Positions 1-8,509 of a stretch of DNA of 64,000 bases are shown one piece after another. The stretch's first letter is position 1; the number at the start of each line of letters is the position of its first letter. The position numbers were made by a program, and so were the translations under genes. This DNA comes from Candidatus Symbiothrix sp. (GTDB taxonomy: Bacteria > Bacteroidota > Bacteroidia > Bacteroidales > Azobacteroidaceae): positions 4,516 through 68,515 of the forward strand of contig JAISKM010000087.1 in NCBI GenBank assembly GCA_031261285.1, read 5' to 3'. Below the pieces are notes generated by a model that did not search any database, was not told the DNA's origin, and saw only the letters and a program-made list of their open reading frames with translations.

Positions 1-401
1 ACATTAAAATGGCATAATTAAAAATACGAAATATTTAAAACTTTGATTTACAACGCTTTACATTCATAAAATAAATAGTGGATAGTCAAATATCCGTTTT
101 GTCAAAAATTTATATCATTAACTATACCGACTACTTTGCTCTACTCTGCAGGCAGTTATTCCTATTTTTCTATTTTTTTGCCCAAAAATTTGGCAGTCTC
201 AAAAAAAATGCCGTACTTTGCAACCTCTCTAAATCACAAAACTGTTGACAAAGCGTTGTCAATAGGTTTAGAGGGGCTTTTATCATATCTCGATTCAGAA
301 TGTGGAAATTCAATTAGTCGCGGGGTGTGAGCAAAAAGCAATCACGTTTTTTTCTGTATATAATTTTGAATTCTATGAATTCTATTTTATATGGGATTGA
401 C

Positions 402-480
402 GCGTGAGGTGACTATTGCTCTCTGCGACTTGGGCTTTCCACAGCCTTGAATCAAGAGAGCGTATAATAGTTCCTCACGC
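402..480 (+). ncRNA. Candidate structured RNA with C4-antisense-like architecture
   Basis: Nested stems gcgtgagg/cctcacgc, actatt/aatagt, gctctct/agagagc; inner segments gcgact and tttccaca are complementary to upstream agtcgc (316-321) and tgtggaaa (301-308); T-rich tract follows. Confidence 0.4.
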
Positions 481-543
481 TCTTTTCATTTTAAAAATTG
501 CCGAACTTGAGGGACAGGGAGGCGAAAAAAACATTATGTACAA

Positions 544-1446
544 ATGAAAACATTTAATTTCAGGAGATTGCGGAGCAAGTCCGCAATGACATTTGCGTTA
601 GCGATTGCCTGTGTTCTGGTAACCGGTAACTGTTCACCGGTAACTGCCCAAGTAGCCATTGGTGGGGATGGCACCGTAACACCCGGTGCGTTGTTAGATT
701 TATCACAAGCCACTAATGCCGGCGGCTTGTTGTTACCCCAAATTGTAAGTGCAGACACAGCTACTGCCGTATTGAAAAAGCCGGGGATGCTGGTTTACAA
801 CAAAACGGACGGAAAAATTTATGCCTACAACGGTTCTGCCTGGAGTGCCGGCGGTGGAGGTAGTGAGCCTTATCCCAACCCCTGGCCCAAAACTTGCGGC
901 GGTTATGTAAAGGGTGCGTCAGGTACTCGTTATCCGATTGGTAGTTATCCTTATGCCCAAAATGACTTGAAAAACTTGTGCTGGACGCTAACGAACCTTG
1001 TTGAGGCTGGCGCGTCTTATACTTCTTATTCAGGACAGGACAATTCTCGTGGATATTATTACAGTGCAGATGTGGCTTCCGATCCGGAAACCGATATTTG
1101 CACGCAAAAACTTGGTGGCACTTGGCGAATGCCTAACATTGACGACTGGGAATTGTTACAGATCGGTGCTGTTGACGTGAATTATAACGACCTACTAAAC
1201 AACTGGGTATATGATAGACCTGCGCTAGGAGGAAATGTGCAAGACTGGGCGGGTTCATATTCTAGCGGGACGCGATATAATGATTGGGGCGTTGCATCCT
1301 ATTATAGGGTACGCGATCGGACTGACTTGTGGCGTATTCCAATGGATAACCTTGCCGGTGCCAATCTTGCCGCTGCTGACGGGTTGCAAGCAGGTATTCA
1401 AATGAATCATTTTCACGGGAATATACGTTGTGTACGTGATTTGTGA
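544..1446 (+). CDS. Secreted FISUMP (Fibrobacter succinogenes major paralogous)-like domain protein
   Basis: Signal peptide, GALLDL...GGLLLP N-terminal motif, GYYY, WRMPNIDDW and terminal IRCVRD motifs. Confidence 0.7.
   Translation: MKTFNFRRLRSKSAMTFALAIACVLVTGNCSPVTAQVAIGGDGTVTPGALLDLSQATNAGGLLLPQIVSADTATAVLKKPGMLVYNKTDGKIYAYNGSAWSAGGGGSEPYPNPWPKTCGGYVKGASGTRYPIGSYPYAQNDLKNLCWTLTNLVEAGASYTSYSGQDNSRGYYYSADVASDPETDICTQKLGGTWRMPNIDDWELLQIGAVDVNYNDLLNNWVYDRPALGGNVQDWAGSYSSGTRYNDWGVASYYRVRDRTDLWRIPMDNLAGANLAAADGLQAGIQMNHFHGNIRCVRDL
563..590 (+). repeat. CGTC-type REP palindrome, in frame in signal peptide
   Basis: ggagattgcggagcaagtccgcaatgac (stem ttgcgga/tccgcaa) encodes RRLRSKSAMT. Confidence 0.8.
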
Positions 1447-1570
1447 GTTTAACCCAGAAAAATAAATCTTTATAATTACGATTTTTGCATTTTTTCAGAA
1501 AATAGTTGGTAGTTTCTAAAAAAATGCTTCACCGCGTGTTTGGCGATGACAATGGGGGGGTGATTAGTTT

Positions 1571-1696
1571 CATCCCGTTGGGGATGATACCAGCCCCCCC
1601 AACCCCCCTCAAGGGGGAAATGGTTGCATACCTCCGGCATGCGGGAATGGTCGACGAACATTGTTTTCTACCGAGCTACTATTCCTATCGGAATGC
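1571..1696. repeat. Intergenic nested REP cluster
   Basis: catcccgttggggatg, cccccccaacccccctcaaggggga and attcctatcggaatgc palindromes. Confidence 0.7.
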
Positions 1697-1734
1697 AGAG
1701 AACAAACAAATTAAATTTATAAAATTACAAACAA

Positions 1735-2125
1735 ATGAAAAAAATAAAATTAGTTATGGGATTGCGGGTCAAGCCCGCAATGACATCATCATCGCTGCGG
1801 ATCTGCTCCGCAATGACATCATCATTGGTGCGGATTACATCCGGGATGACACTGTTCGCGATAATCTGCTTGTTGGTAACTGGTAACTGTTCACTGGTAA
1901 GGCTATGCGTCGTTGACGGATGAAGAAAAAGCCGGCTGGCAAGGAACATCTTCTCTGGCAGGTTTTCGTCATAGCAGCGGCACGTGGGTAAGTTGGGGTT
2001 ACAGCGGTTGGTGGTGGAGTAGTTCGGCAGCAAATAAAGGCTTCACTAATGACGATGGCTCCTGGACTACCCCAGCGAACGCGACCGGCTCGTGGTTCAC
2101 GGTGCGCTGTGTGCGTGACATCTAA
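1735..2125 (+). pseudogene. FISUMP paralog remnant: leader fused out of frame to the C-terminal tip
   Basis: 1735-1900 resembles the 544 leader (LLVTGNCSLV vs VLVTGNCSPV); from 1901 another frame reads GYASLTDEEKAGWQG...GWWWSSS...FTVRCVRDI. Confidence 0.7.
1758..1850 (+). repeat. Three tandem CGTC-type REP units
   Basis: gggattgcgggtcaagcccgcaatgac / tgcggatctgctccgcaatgac / tgcggattacatccgggatgac. Confidence 0.8.
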
Positions 2126-2332
2126 AACATACTAAGAAGAAAGAAGACCCGCACGGGTTGTTTTTAAGTCGTTTCATTTTTTGCCTGGACGGGCGCTTCT
2201 TTCTTTTTTAAAAATTCCCGGAAACCTCGTTACTCGATTTTTTTCGTTTCGTTTCATTTTCAATTGGGTAATGAGGTGGATGGGAATTATTTTTATACGC
2301 TTATCCGCATATTCTAATAGCAACGCCTTGGG

Positions 2333-3115
2333 CTATTGGAGTGCCGACGCAATGGTCTCGCGCGACTGATCACTAAGCATTTGCAACCGGGCAATCACTT
2401 CCCGGCGATCGTTCCTCTCCCCGTCTGCTTCGAAGCCACCCATTTCCATGTTGGAGATGGGATGGGAGTGAGGTGGAATCGGCGGATGAATTGTCAGCTG
2501 CATCCGGTGCGGATGAATGCGGTAAGTGGTGCGCGGCATCACGTTATATGCGCCATTGATTGTGAGTGGCACAATCGGGAGTTGCAAATCGAGCGCCAGT
2601 TGGAAAGCCCCTTTCTTGAATTTAGTCATTTGACCGTCGTAAGTGCGCGAACCTTCCGGGAAAATGACCACCGAATTGCCGTTTTGCAATTTTTCCTCGG
2701 CGTCACGAAGCGTTTTGGCAATCGCTTTGGGTGAGGAGTTGTCCACAAAAATGAATCCTGCCGATTCACACGCTTTGCCTACAACCGGAATTTTGCGCAA
2801 ACTTTGCTTCATCATCCATTTGATTGGCATGTTTAAGTAGCCGAATATCAGCCAAATATCGAACGCACTTTGGTGATTCGACACAAAAATATAGGATTGT
2901 TTGGGGTCTAAATATTCGCGTCCCACCACTTTTACCGGACAAAAAGTAATCATACAAACTGCCATTGACCACCATTTGGCAGGAAAATAGCTGAAAAAGC
3001 GTTCGCCTCCAAAGGCGCATCCGACAATGGTTACTACCGCTGTCAACATCGTGATTGCCAACAGGATAGGAAACCAAATAAAAATTTCGTACAAAAGGAT
3101 AAGCGTCTGTTTCAT
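2333..3115 (-). CDS. plsC: 1-acyl-sn-glycerol-3-phosphate acyltransferase
   Basis: NHQSAFD (HX4D) and FPEGSRT motifs. Confidence 0.9.
   Translation of the reverse strand: MKQTLILLYEIFIWFPILLAITMLTAVVTIVGCAFGGERFFSYFPAKWWSMAVCMITFCPVKVVGREYLDPKQSYIFVSNHQSAFDIWLIFGYLNMPIKWMMKQSLRKIPVVGKACESAGFIFVDNSSPKAIAKTLRDAEEKLQNGNSVVIFPEGSRTYDGQMTKFKKGAFQLALDLQLPIVPLTINGAYNVMPRTTYRIHPHRMQLTIHPPIPPHSHPISNMEMGGFEADGERNDRREVIARLQMLSDQSRETIASALQ
2439..2473 (-). repeat. Degenerate C-rich/G-rich palindrome, in frame in plsC
   Basis: Minus strand cctcactcccatcccatctccaacatggaaatggg, encoding PHSHPISNMEMG; resembles the cccct...agggg elements in purL. Confidence 0.45.
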
Positions 3116-3126
3116 GTCTAATGGGA

Positions 3127-3134
3127 CAAAAGTA
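3127..3134 (-). promoter_or_regulatory. Bacteroidetes -7 promoter box for plsC
   Basis: TACTTTTG on minus strand (TAnnTTTG). Confidence 0.6.
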
Positions 3135-3177
3135 CATAATTTATTGCAAATGTAGTTATTTTTTCAAATATTTTTCG

Positions 3178-3185
3178 TATTTTTG
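3178..3185 (+). promoter_or_regulatory. Bacteroidetes -7 promoter box for purL
   Basis: TATTTTTG about 30 nt upstream of ATG. Confidence 0.6.
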
Positions 3186-3217
3186 CAGCGAATATTAGAT
3201 TAAAAAGCACATTTTAG

Positions 3218-6200
3218 ATGATTTTATTCTTTAAAACGCTGAATGATACTATTTTAGCAGTTGATGCGACGCAAAGATTAGAGTCGGCGGACTTGAAAAA
3301 ATTACTGTGGCTTTTTGGCGATGCCGAATTGCTGAAAGATGAAAGTGTAAAAGGCTTTTTGGTAGGTCCTCGTGCCGAAATGGTGACGCCGTGGAGTACG
3401 AATGCGGTAGAAATCACGCAAATCATGGGTATTGAAGGCATTGTGCGCATCGAGGAATTTCAGATAGTAGCCCCCTCTAACTCCCCCACAGGGGGAGAAC
3501 CGGAGAGAGAGATTGAGTATGATCCAATGTTGCAGCGTGTGTATAATGGTATTGGTCAGGATATTTTTACTATCAATAAAACTCCCGAAGCTATCATTGA
3601 GCTGACTGATATTCAGGCATATAACGAAAAAGAAGGCTTGGCTTTAAGTCCCGAAGAGGTAGATTATCTGAATGATGTGAGCCAAAAAATCGGTCGTTTG
3701 CTGACCGACAGCGAAGTGTTTGGATTTTCACAAGTCAATTCGGAACATTGCCGTCACAAGATTTTTGGTGGCACATTCAAAATCGACGGCGTGGAAAAAG
3801 AACTATCGCTGTTTGAGTTAATTAAAAAGACATCCAAAGAGCATCCTAATTTCCTGATTTCCGCCTACAAAGACAATGTCGCCTTCAATCAAGGTCCCAA
3901 AATAGAACAATTTGCACCGGCAAGTCCCGAAAAACCTGATTTTTTCCAAACGGAAACCATCGAATCGGTGATTTCGCTGAAAGCAGAAACGCACAATTTT
4001 CCAACCACGGTTGAGCCGTTTAACGGTGCTGCAACAGGCACGGGCGGCGAAATCCGCGACCGCTTAGGTGGAGGAAAAGCATCGCTTCCGATTGCGGGAA
4101 CGGCAGTTTACATGACAAGCCCCCCAACTCCCCTCAAGGGAGGCATGAAACCTCGCAAATGGTTGTATCAAACGCCCGAACAAATCCTGATCAAAGCTTC
4201 AAACGGAGCATCTGATTTTGGGAATAAGTTTGGACAACCTTTGATTTGTGGCTCTGTGTTGACGTTTGAACACGAAGAAAATGGGAAGCAATACGGCTAT
4301 GATAAGGTGATTATGCTCGCCGGAGGGGTTGGATACGCAAAGAAAAGCGATGCCTTGAAAGGCGAAGTAAAGCCGAACGAAGAAGTCGTCCTGCTGGGTG
4401 GCGATAATTACCGTATTGGCATGGGTGGAGGTGCCGTAAGTAGTGTGGACACAGGCAAATACACCAGCGGCATTGAACTGAATGCCGTCCAGCGTGCCAA
4501 TCCGGAGATGCAGAAACGCGTGGCTAACGTGATTCGCGCGCTCTCGGAATCAAAAAATAATCCGATTGTGTCAATTCACGACCATGGTGCCGGCGGACAC
4601 TTGAACTGCCTGTCGGAATTGGTCGAAACAACCGGAGGAAAAATCCAAATGGATGCGCTCCCGGTGGGCGACCCAACGCTGTCGGACAAAGAAATCATCG
4701 GCAACGAAAGTCAGGAACGCATGGGGATGGTGATGAAAAAAGATGCCGTCGACTTTGTGCAAAAAATTGCTGACCGTGAACGCTCGCCGATGTATGTCGT
4801 GGGCGAAACGACCAACGATGAACGCTTTGTGTTTGAACGCAAAAACGGACAAAATCCGCTGGATATGCAGTTGAGCGATTTCTTTGGAAAGCCGCCGCGC
4901 ACGATTATGGCGGATGTGACGGTGGAAGAAACATATAAATCCCCACAATACAATGGGATAGACGTAGGGGCGACCCTTGTGGTCGCCCACAACGGCGGCA
5001 ATCCCCTACAGACATACATTGAAAATGTATTGCAGTTGGAAGCCGTGGCGTGTAAGGATTGGTTGACAAACAAAGTTGACCGTTCGGTGACGGGCAAAGT
5101 GGCTCGTCAGCAATGTCAAGGCGAGATTCAGTTGCCGTTGAGCGATTTGGGTGCGGTGGCACTCGATTATCAAGGCAAAGCAGGTATCGCAACGAGTATT
5201 GGTCACGCGCCGCAGGTGGCGTTAGTGGATGCGGCTGCGGGTTCGGTGATGGCGATTGCGGAGGCGTTGACAAATTTGGTTTTTGCACCGTTGACGCACC
5301 AACTGAAAGGTGTGTCGTTGAGCGCGAATTGGATGTGGCCATGTCGCAACAAAGGGGAAGATGCTCGTCTGTATCAGGCCGTTGAGGCGTGTTCGGACTT
5401 TGCGATTGCGCTCGGCATCAACATTCCGACCGGCAAAGATTCGCTGTCGATGACGCAAAAATATAGCCTCTCCCCGACCCCCTCCACAAGAGGGGGAGTA
5501 GAGAAAGTAATGGCTCCCGGCACAGTAATTATTTCGGCTGCTGCGGAAGTGTCTGATATTAAAAAGATTGTATCTCCTGTGTGGGTCAATAATCCTGCAT
5601 CGGCTCTTTATTATATAGATTTCTCCTCTGATAATTTGCAGTTGGGCGGTTCGGCGTTTGCACAATCGCTGAATGCGGTGGGCGAAGTTGCCCCAACAGT
5701 GAAAGATGCTAATTATTTCAAAACGGCTTTCAACACGATTCAAAACCTGATTGAAAACGGTTTAGTGCTGGCAGGTCACGATATTTCGGCAGGCGGTTTG
5801 GTAACAGCCTTGCTGGAAATGACTTTTGCAAACGTGAAAGGCGGTTTGGATGTTAATTTGGAGGGCATCAACGAATCCGATTTAATAAAAATTTTGTTTG
5901 CAGAAAATCCGGGTGTATTGTTGCAAACAGCAGATATTCAGGCATTTGAGAAATTGCTAACAGACAACGGCATTGGTTTTGCAAGAATTGGTAAACAAAT
6001 TGACAAACGACAAATTACCCTCACAAAAGGCGCTGTGACGCAAGATTTGGACATTGATGCTTTGCGTGATGTTTGGTATAAATCCTCCTATTTGTTAGAT
6101 CGCAAACAATCGGGCGAAGCAAAAGCCGAAGAACGGTTTGACAATTACAAAAAACAACCGTTAGCGTTTGATTTCACAAATTTGCAGGGGATTGCGGATC

Positions 6201-7075
6201 AAGTCCGCAATGACGATACCGTCGTAGGGGCGAACCCTTGCGGTCGCCCAATTCTTCCATCCATCCGCCCCATTCTTTCATCCACCCGCCCTATTCATCC
6301 ATCCGCCCACCCAATTAAAGCGGCAATCATCCGCGAAAAAGGCACGAATGGCGAACGCGAAATGGCATATTCGCTGTACCTTGCAGGATTTGACGTAAAA
6401 GATGTGCACACAACGGATTTGGTTACAGGACGTGAAACATTGGAGGATGTGAATTTCATTGTCTTCTGCGGCGGATTTTCTAACTCTGACGTACTTGGTT
6501 CGGCGAAAGGCTGGGCGGGTGCGTTGCTTTACAATGAAAAGGCAAAATCGGCATTGGATAAATTTTATGCGCGTCCCGACACATTGAGTTTGGGCGTTTG
6601 CAACGGCTGTCAGTTGATGGTCGAACTGAATTTGTTGCAGTTGAAAGGCAATCATGAGTCCAAAACGCTGCCAAAAATGTTACACAACGATTCACATAAA
6701 TTCGAGTCGGAATTTGTGTCGGTAGCGATCCCGGAAAATAAATCAGTCATGTTTGGCAGTTTGTCAGGCTCAAAATTAGGTATCTGGGTGGCTCACGGCG
6801 AAGGAAAATTCAGTTTGCCGTTGGCGGAAAATCAATACAATGTGGTGGCGAAGTACGCTTATCATAGTTATCCTGCCAATCCGAATGGCTCGGATTATGA
6901 TGTCGCAGCGTTGGCATCGCCGGACGGTCGCCATTTAGCAATTATGCCGCACTTGGAACGGTCGATTTTCCCGTGGCAATGGGCGCATTATCCGGCAGAG
7001 CGCAAAGACGATAAAGTTACTCCATGGATTGAAGCATTCACGAATGCACGCCAATGGATTGAAAAACAACCGTAG
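3218..7075 (+). CDS. purL: Phosphoribosylformylglycinamidine synthase (large, single-chain)
   Basis: NSEHCRHKIF, KAETHNFPT, IHDHGAGG, GVCNGCQ and MPHLER motifs; 1285 aa. Confidence 0.97.
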   Translation: MILFFKTLNDTILAVDATQRLESADLKKLLWLFGDAELLKDESVKGFLVGPRAEMVTPWSTNAVEITQIMGIEGIVRIEEFQIVAPSNSPTGGEPEREIEYDPMLQRVYNGIGQDIFTINKTPEAIIELTDIQAYNEKEGLALSPEEVDYLNDVSQKIGRLLTDSEVFGFSQVNSEHCRHKIFGGTFKIDGVEKELSLFELIKKTSKEHPNFLISAYKDNVAFNQGPKIEQFAPASPEKPDFFQTETIESVISLKAETHNFPTTVEPFNGAATGTGGEIRDRLGGGKASLPIAGTAVYMTSPPTPLKGGMKPRKWLYQTPEQILIKASNGASDFGNKFGQPLICGSVLTFEHEENGKQYGYDKVIMLAGGVGYAKKSDALKGEVKPNEEVVLLGGDNYRIGMGGGAVSSVDTGKYTSGIELNAVQRANPEMQKRVANVIRALSESKNNPIVSIHDHGAGGHLNCLSELVETTGGKIQMDALPVGDPTLSDKEIIGNESQERMGMVMKKDAVDFVQKIADRERSPMYVVGETTNDERFVFERKNGQNPLDMQLSDFFGKPPRTIMADVTVEETYKSPQYNGIDVGATLVVAHNGGNPLQTYIENVLQLEAVACKDWLTNKVDRSVTGKVARQQCQGEIQLPLSDLGAVALDYQGKAGIATSIGHAPQVALVDAAAGSVMAIAEALTNLVFAPLTHQLKGVSLSANWMWPCRNKGEDARLYQAVEACSDFAIALGINIPTGKDSLSMTQKYSLSPTPSTRGGVEKVMAPGTVIISAAAEVSDIKKIVSPVWVNNPASALYYIDFSSDNLQLGGSAFAQSLNAVGEVAPTVKDANYFKTAFNTIQNLIENGLVLAGHDISAGGLVTALLEMTFANVKGGLDVNLEGINESDLIKILFAENPGVLLQTADIQAFEKLLTDNGIGFARIGKQIDKRQITLTKGAVTQDLDIDALRDVWYKSSYLLDRKQSGEAKAEERFDNYKKQPLAFDFTNLQGIADQVRNDDTVVGANPCGRPILPSIRPILSSTRPIHPSAHPIKAAIIREKGTNGEREMAYSLYLAGFDVKDVHTTDLVTGRETLEDVNFIVFCGGFSNSDVLGSAKGWAGALLYNEKAKSALDKFYARPDTLSLGVCNGCQLMVELNLLQLKGNHESKTLPKMLHNDSHKFESEFVSVAIPENKSVMFGSLSGSKLGIWVAHGEGKFSLPLAENQYNVVAKYAYHSYPANPNGSDYDVAALASPDGRHLAIMPHLERSIFPWQWAHYPAERKDDKVTPWIEAFTNARQWIEKQP
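3471..3502 (+). repeat. In-frame palindrome in purL (1)
   Basis: ccccctctaactcccccacagggggagaacc, stem ctccccc/gggggag; encodes PSNSPTGGEP. Confidence 0.8.
4120..4144 (+). repeat. In-frame palindrome in purL (2)
   Basis: ccccccaactcccctcaagggaggc; encodes PPTPLKGG; similar to intergenic copy at 1594-1618. Confidence 0.75.
4964..4988 (+). repeat. In-frame GTAG-type REP in purL (3)
   Basis: gtaggggcgacccttgtggtcgccc, stem gggcgacc/ggtcgccc; encodes VGATLVVAH. Confidence 0.85.
5467..5498 (+). repeat. In-frame palindrome in purL (4)
   Basis: cctctccccgaccccctccacaagagggggag; encodes LSPTPSTRGG. Confidence 0.75.
6187..6312 (+). repeat. Composite in-frame insert in purL (5,6): CGTC REP + GTAG REP + 3x21-bp tandem repeat
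   Basis: ggggattgcggatcaagtccgcaatgac (6187-6214), gtaggggcgaacccttgcggtcgccc (6224-6249), then ILPSIRP/ILSSTRP/IHPSAHP. Confidence 0.85.
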
Positions 7076-7096
7076 GGGCAACCCTTGTGATTGCCC
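7072..7096 (+). repeat. GTAG-type REP supplying the purL stop codon
   Basis: gtaggggcaacccttgtgattgccc; TAG at 7073-7075. Confidence 0.8.
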
Positions 7097-7103
7097 GTTA
7101 AAT

Positions 7104-7197
7104 AACCAAATCCATATTCCTGTTTAAGGCGTATTGATTTGGTGTTAAAAAATAGATGATACATGGGGACACCCCTCATGTAGCGAAGCTTTTGTGT
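7104..7197 (+). promoter_or_regulatory. Polysaccharide-operon leader with ops/JUMPstart-like element
   Basis: Hairpin catggggacacccctcatg followed by gtagcgaagcttttgtgt; near-duplicate at 18023-18114. Confidence 0.6.
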
Positions 7198-7225
7198 TTA
7201 ACGCACGCGGCGTTATAGAATAACA

Positions 7226-8374
7226 ATGAATATTCAACTGGTTGACCTGAAAGGTCAATATACAAAAATACAGCAAGAAATTGATGCTGCGGTACTGCAA
7301 GTAGTTCGCAGCGGGTACTATATTAATGGTGCCGAAGTGGATACGTTTGCTGAAGCGTTGCGAAATTACACGGGTGCGAAACACGTGATTCCGTGCAGCA
7401 ACGGGACGGATGCGTTGCAGATGGCTCTGATGGCACTCGAATTGAAACCGGGCGATGAGGTGATTGTGCCGGCTTTTACTTATGTGGCGCCGGCGGAAGC
7501 GATTGGATTATTGGGGCTTATGCCCGTGATGGTAGATGTGGATCCCGATTCGTTCAATGTGACGGCGAAAAACATTGAAAAAGGCATTTCTGCCAAGACA
7601 AAAGCGATTATTGCCGTGCATTTGTTCGGTCAAAGTTGCGACATGGCTTCGATTATGGCGTTGGCGAAAAGGAATCATTTATATGTCATTGAAGACAATG
7701 CGCAGTCGATAGGGGCTTGGTACACCATTCCTCCTCCGCCTCTCTATGACGATTGGAAAGATAAAAAACAGACAGGGACGCTTGGTCATATTGGCTGTAC
7801 GTCGTTTTTCCCAACGAAAAATTTGGGTTGCTATGGCGATGGCGGTGCGATGATGACCAACGGCGATGATTTGGCACAGAAACTAACAATGATTGCCAAT
7901 CACGGACAAAAGCAGAAATATCATCATGAAGTATTAGGCTGCAATTCGCGTTTGGACACTTTGCAAGCGGCTATTTTGAATGTGAAATTAAAACATTTGG
8001 ACGATTATACGGCTGCACGGCAGAAAGCGGCACAAATTTATACGCAAGGCTTGAAAGGCGTTGAAGGGATCGTGACACCGAAAGAGATGTCGTTTTCGAC
8101 CCATGTCTATCATCAATACACGATTAAAGTAGAAGGCGGCAAACGCGATGCGTTGAAACACTATTTAGCTGAACAGGGCATTCCAACGATGATTTATTAT
8201 CCATCGCCGTTGCAAGAGCAGCCTGCTTTTAAGTACATTGCACGTGCCGGCGAACCGCTGACGGTTGCCAAAGAATTGTCGCAGTCCGTTCTTTCGTTGC
8301 CAATGCATACGGAATTGACGGCGGAGCAGCAAACATACATCATTGATAAAATAAAAAAATACCAAGTAGGCTGA
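7226..8374 (+). CDS. wbpE: DegT/DnrJ/EryC1/StrS aminotransferase, WbpE-like
   Basis: EDNAQS, SFFPTKNLGCYGDGG and NSRLDTLQAA motifs; adjacent to wbpD/wbpB-like genes. Confidence 0.85.
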   Translation: MNIQLVDLKGQYTKIQQEIDAAVLQVVRSGYYINGAEVDTFAEALRNYTGAKHVIPCSNGTDALQMALMALELKPGDEVIVPAFTYVAPAEAIGLLGLMPVMVDVDPDSFNVTAKNIEKGISAKTKAIIAVHLFGQSCDMASIMALAKRNHLYVIEDNAQSIGAWYTIPPPPLYDDWKDKKQTGTLGHIGCTSFFPTKNLGCYGDGGAMMTNGDDLAQKLTMIANHGQKQKYHHEVLGCNSRLDTLQAAILNVKLKHLDDYTAARQKAAQIYTQGLKGVEGIVTPKEMSFSTHVYHQYTIKVEGGKRDALKHYLAEQGIPTMIYYPSPLQEQPAFKYIARAGEPLTVAKELSQSVLSLPMHTELTAEQQTYIIDKIKKYQVG

Positions 8375-8501
8375 AAGCCTTACATAACCTAGCCCAACGG
8401 CAACGCCTTGGGTTTTTGTTATTGGTAGAATTATTAATTGGGGGATTGCGGATTCCTGAATCAAGTTCAGGACAGGCACGGCTTCGCCGTCCCGCAATGA
8501 C
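8366..8501. repeat. Intergenic REP cluster including a nested element
   Basis: gtaggctgaaagcct (contains the wbpE stop), agcccaacggcaacgccttgggt, and gggattgcgg[..tcctgaatcaagttcagga..]cccgcaatgac. Confidence 0.75.
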
Positions 8502-8509
8502 AAAAAAAT

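Noticed and set aside
136-330. 64-aa ORF
   Set aside because: Non-ATG start, overlaps promoter-like and hairpin sequence, no recognisable domain
1506-1886. 126-aa ORF
   Set aside because: Assembled from REP palindromes and an alternate frame of the FISUMP leader
544-2125. Diversity-generating retroelement (VR/TR pair)
   Set aside because: No reverse transcriptase in the window, and 1901-2125 is not a near-identical, adenine-variant copy of the 3' end of the 544 gene
7726-7765. REP insertion in wbpE (TIPPPPLYDDW)
   Set aside because: C-rich and atypical, but no clear stem or family match
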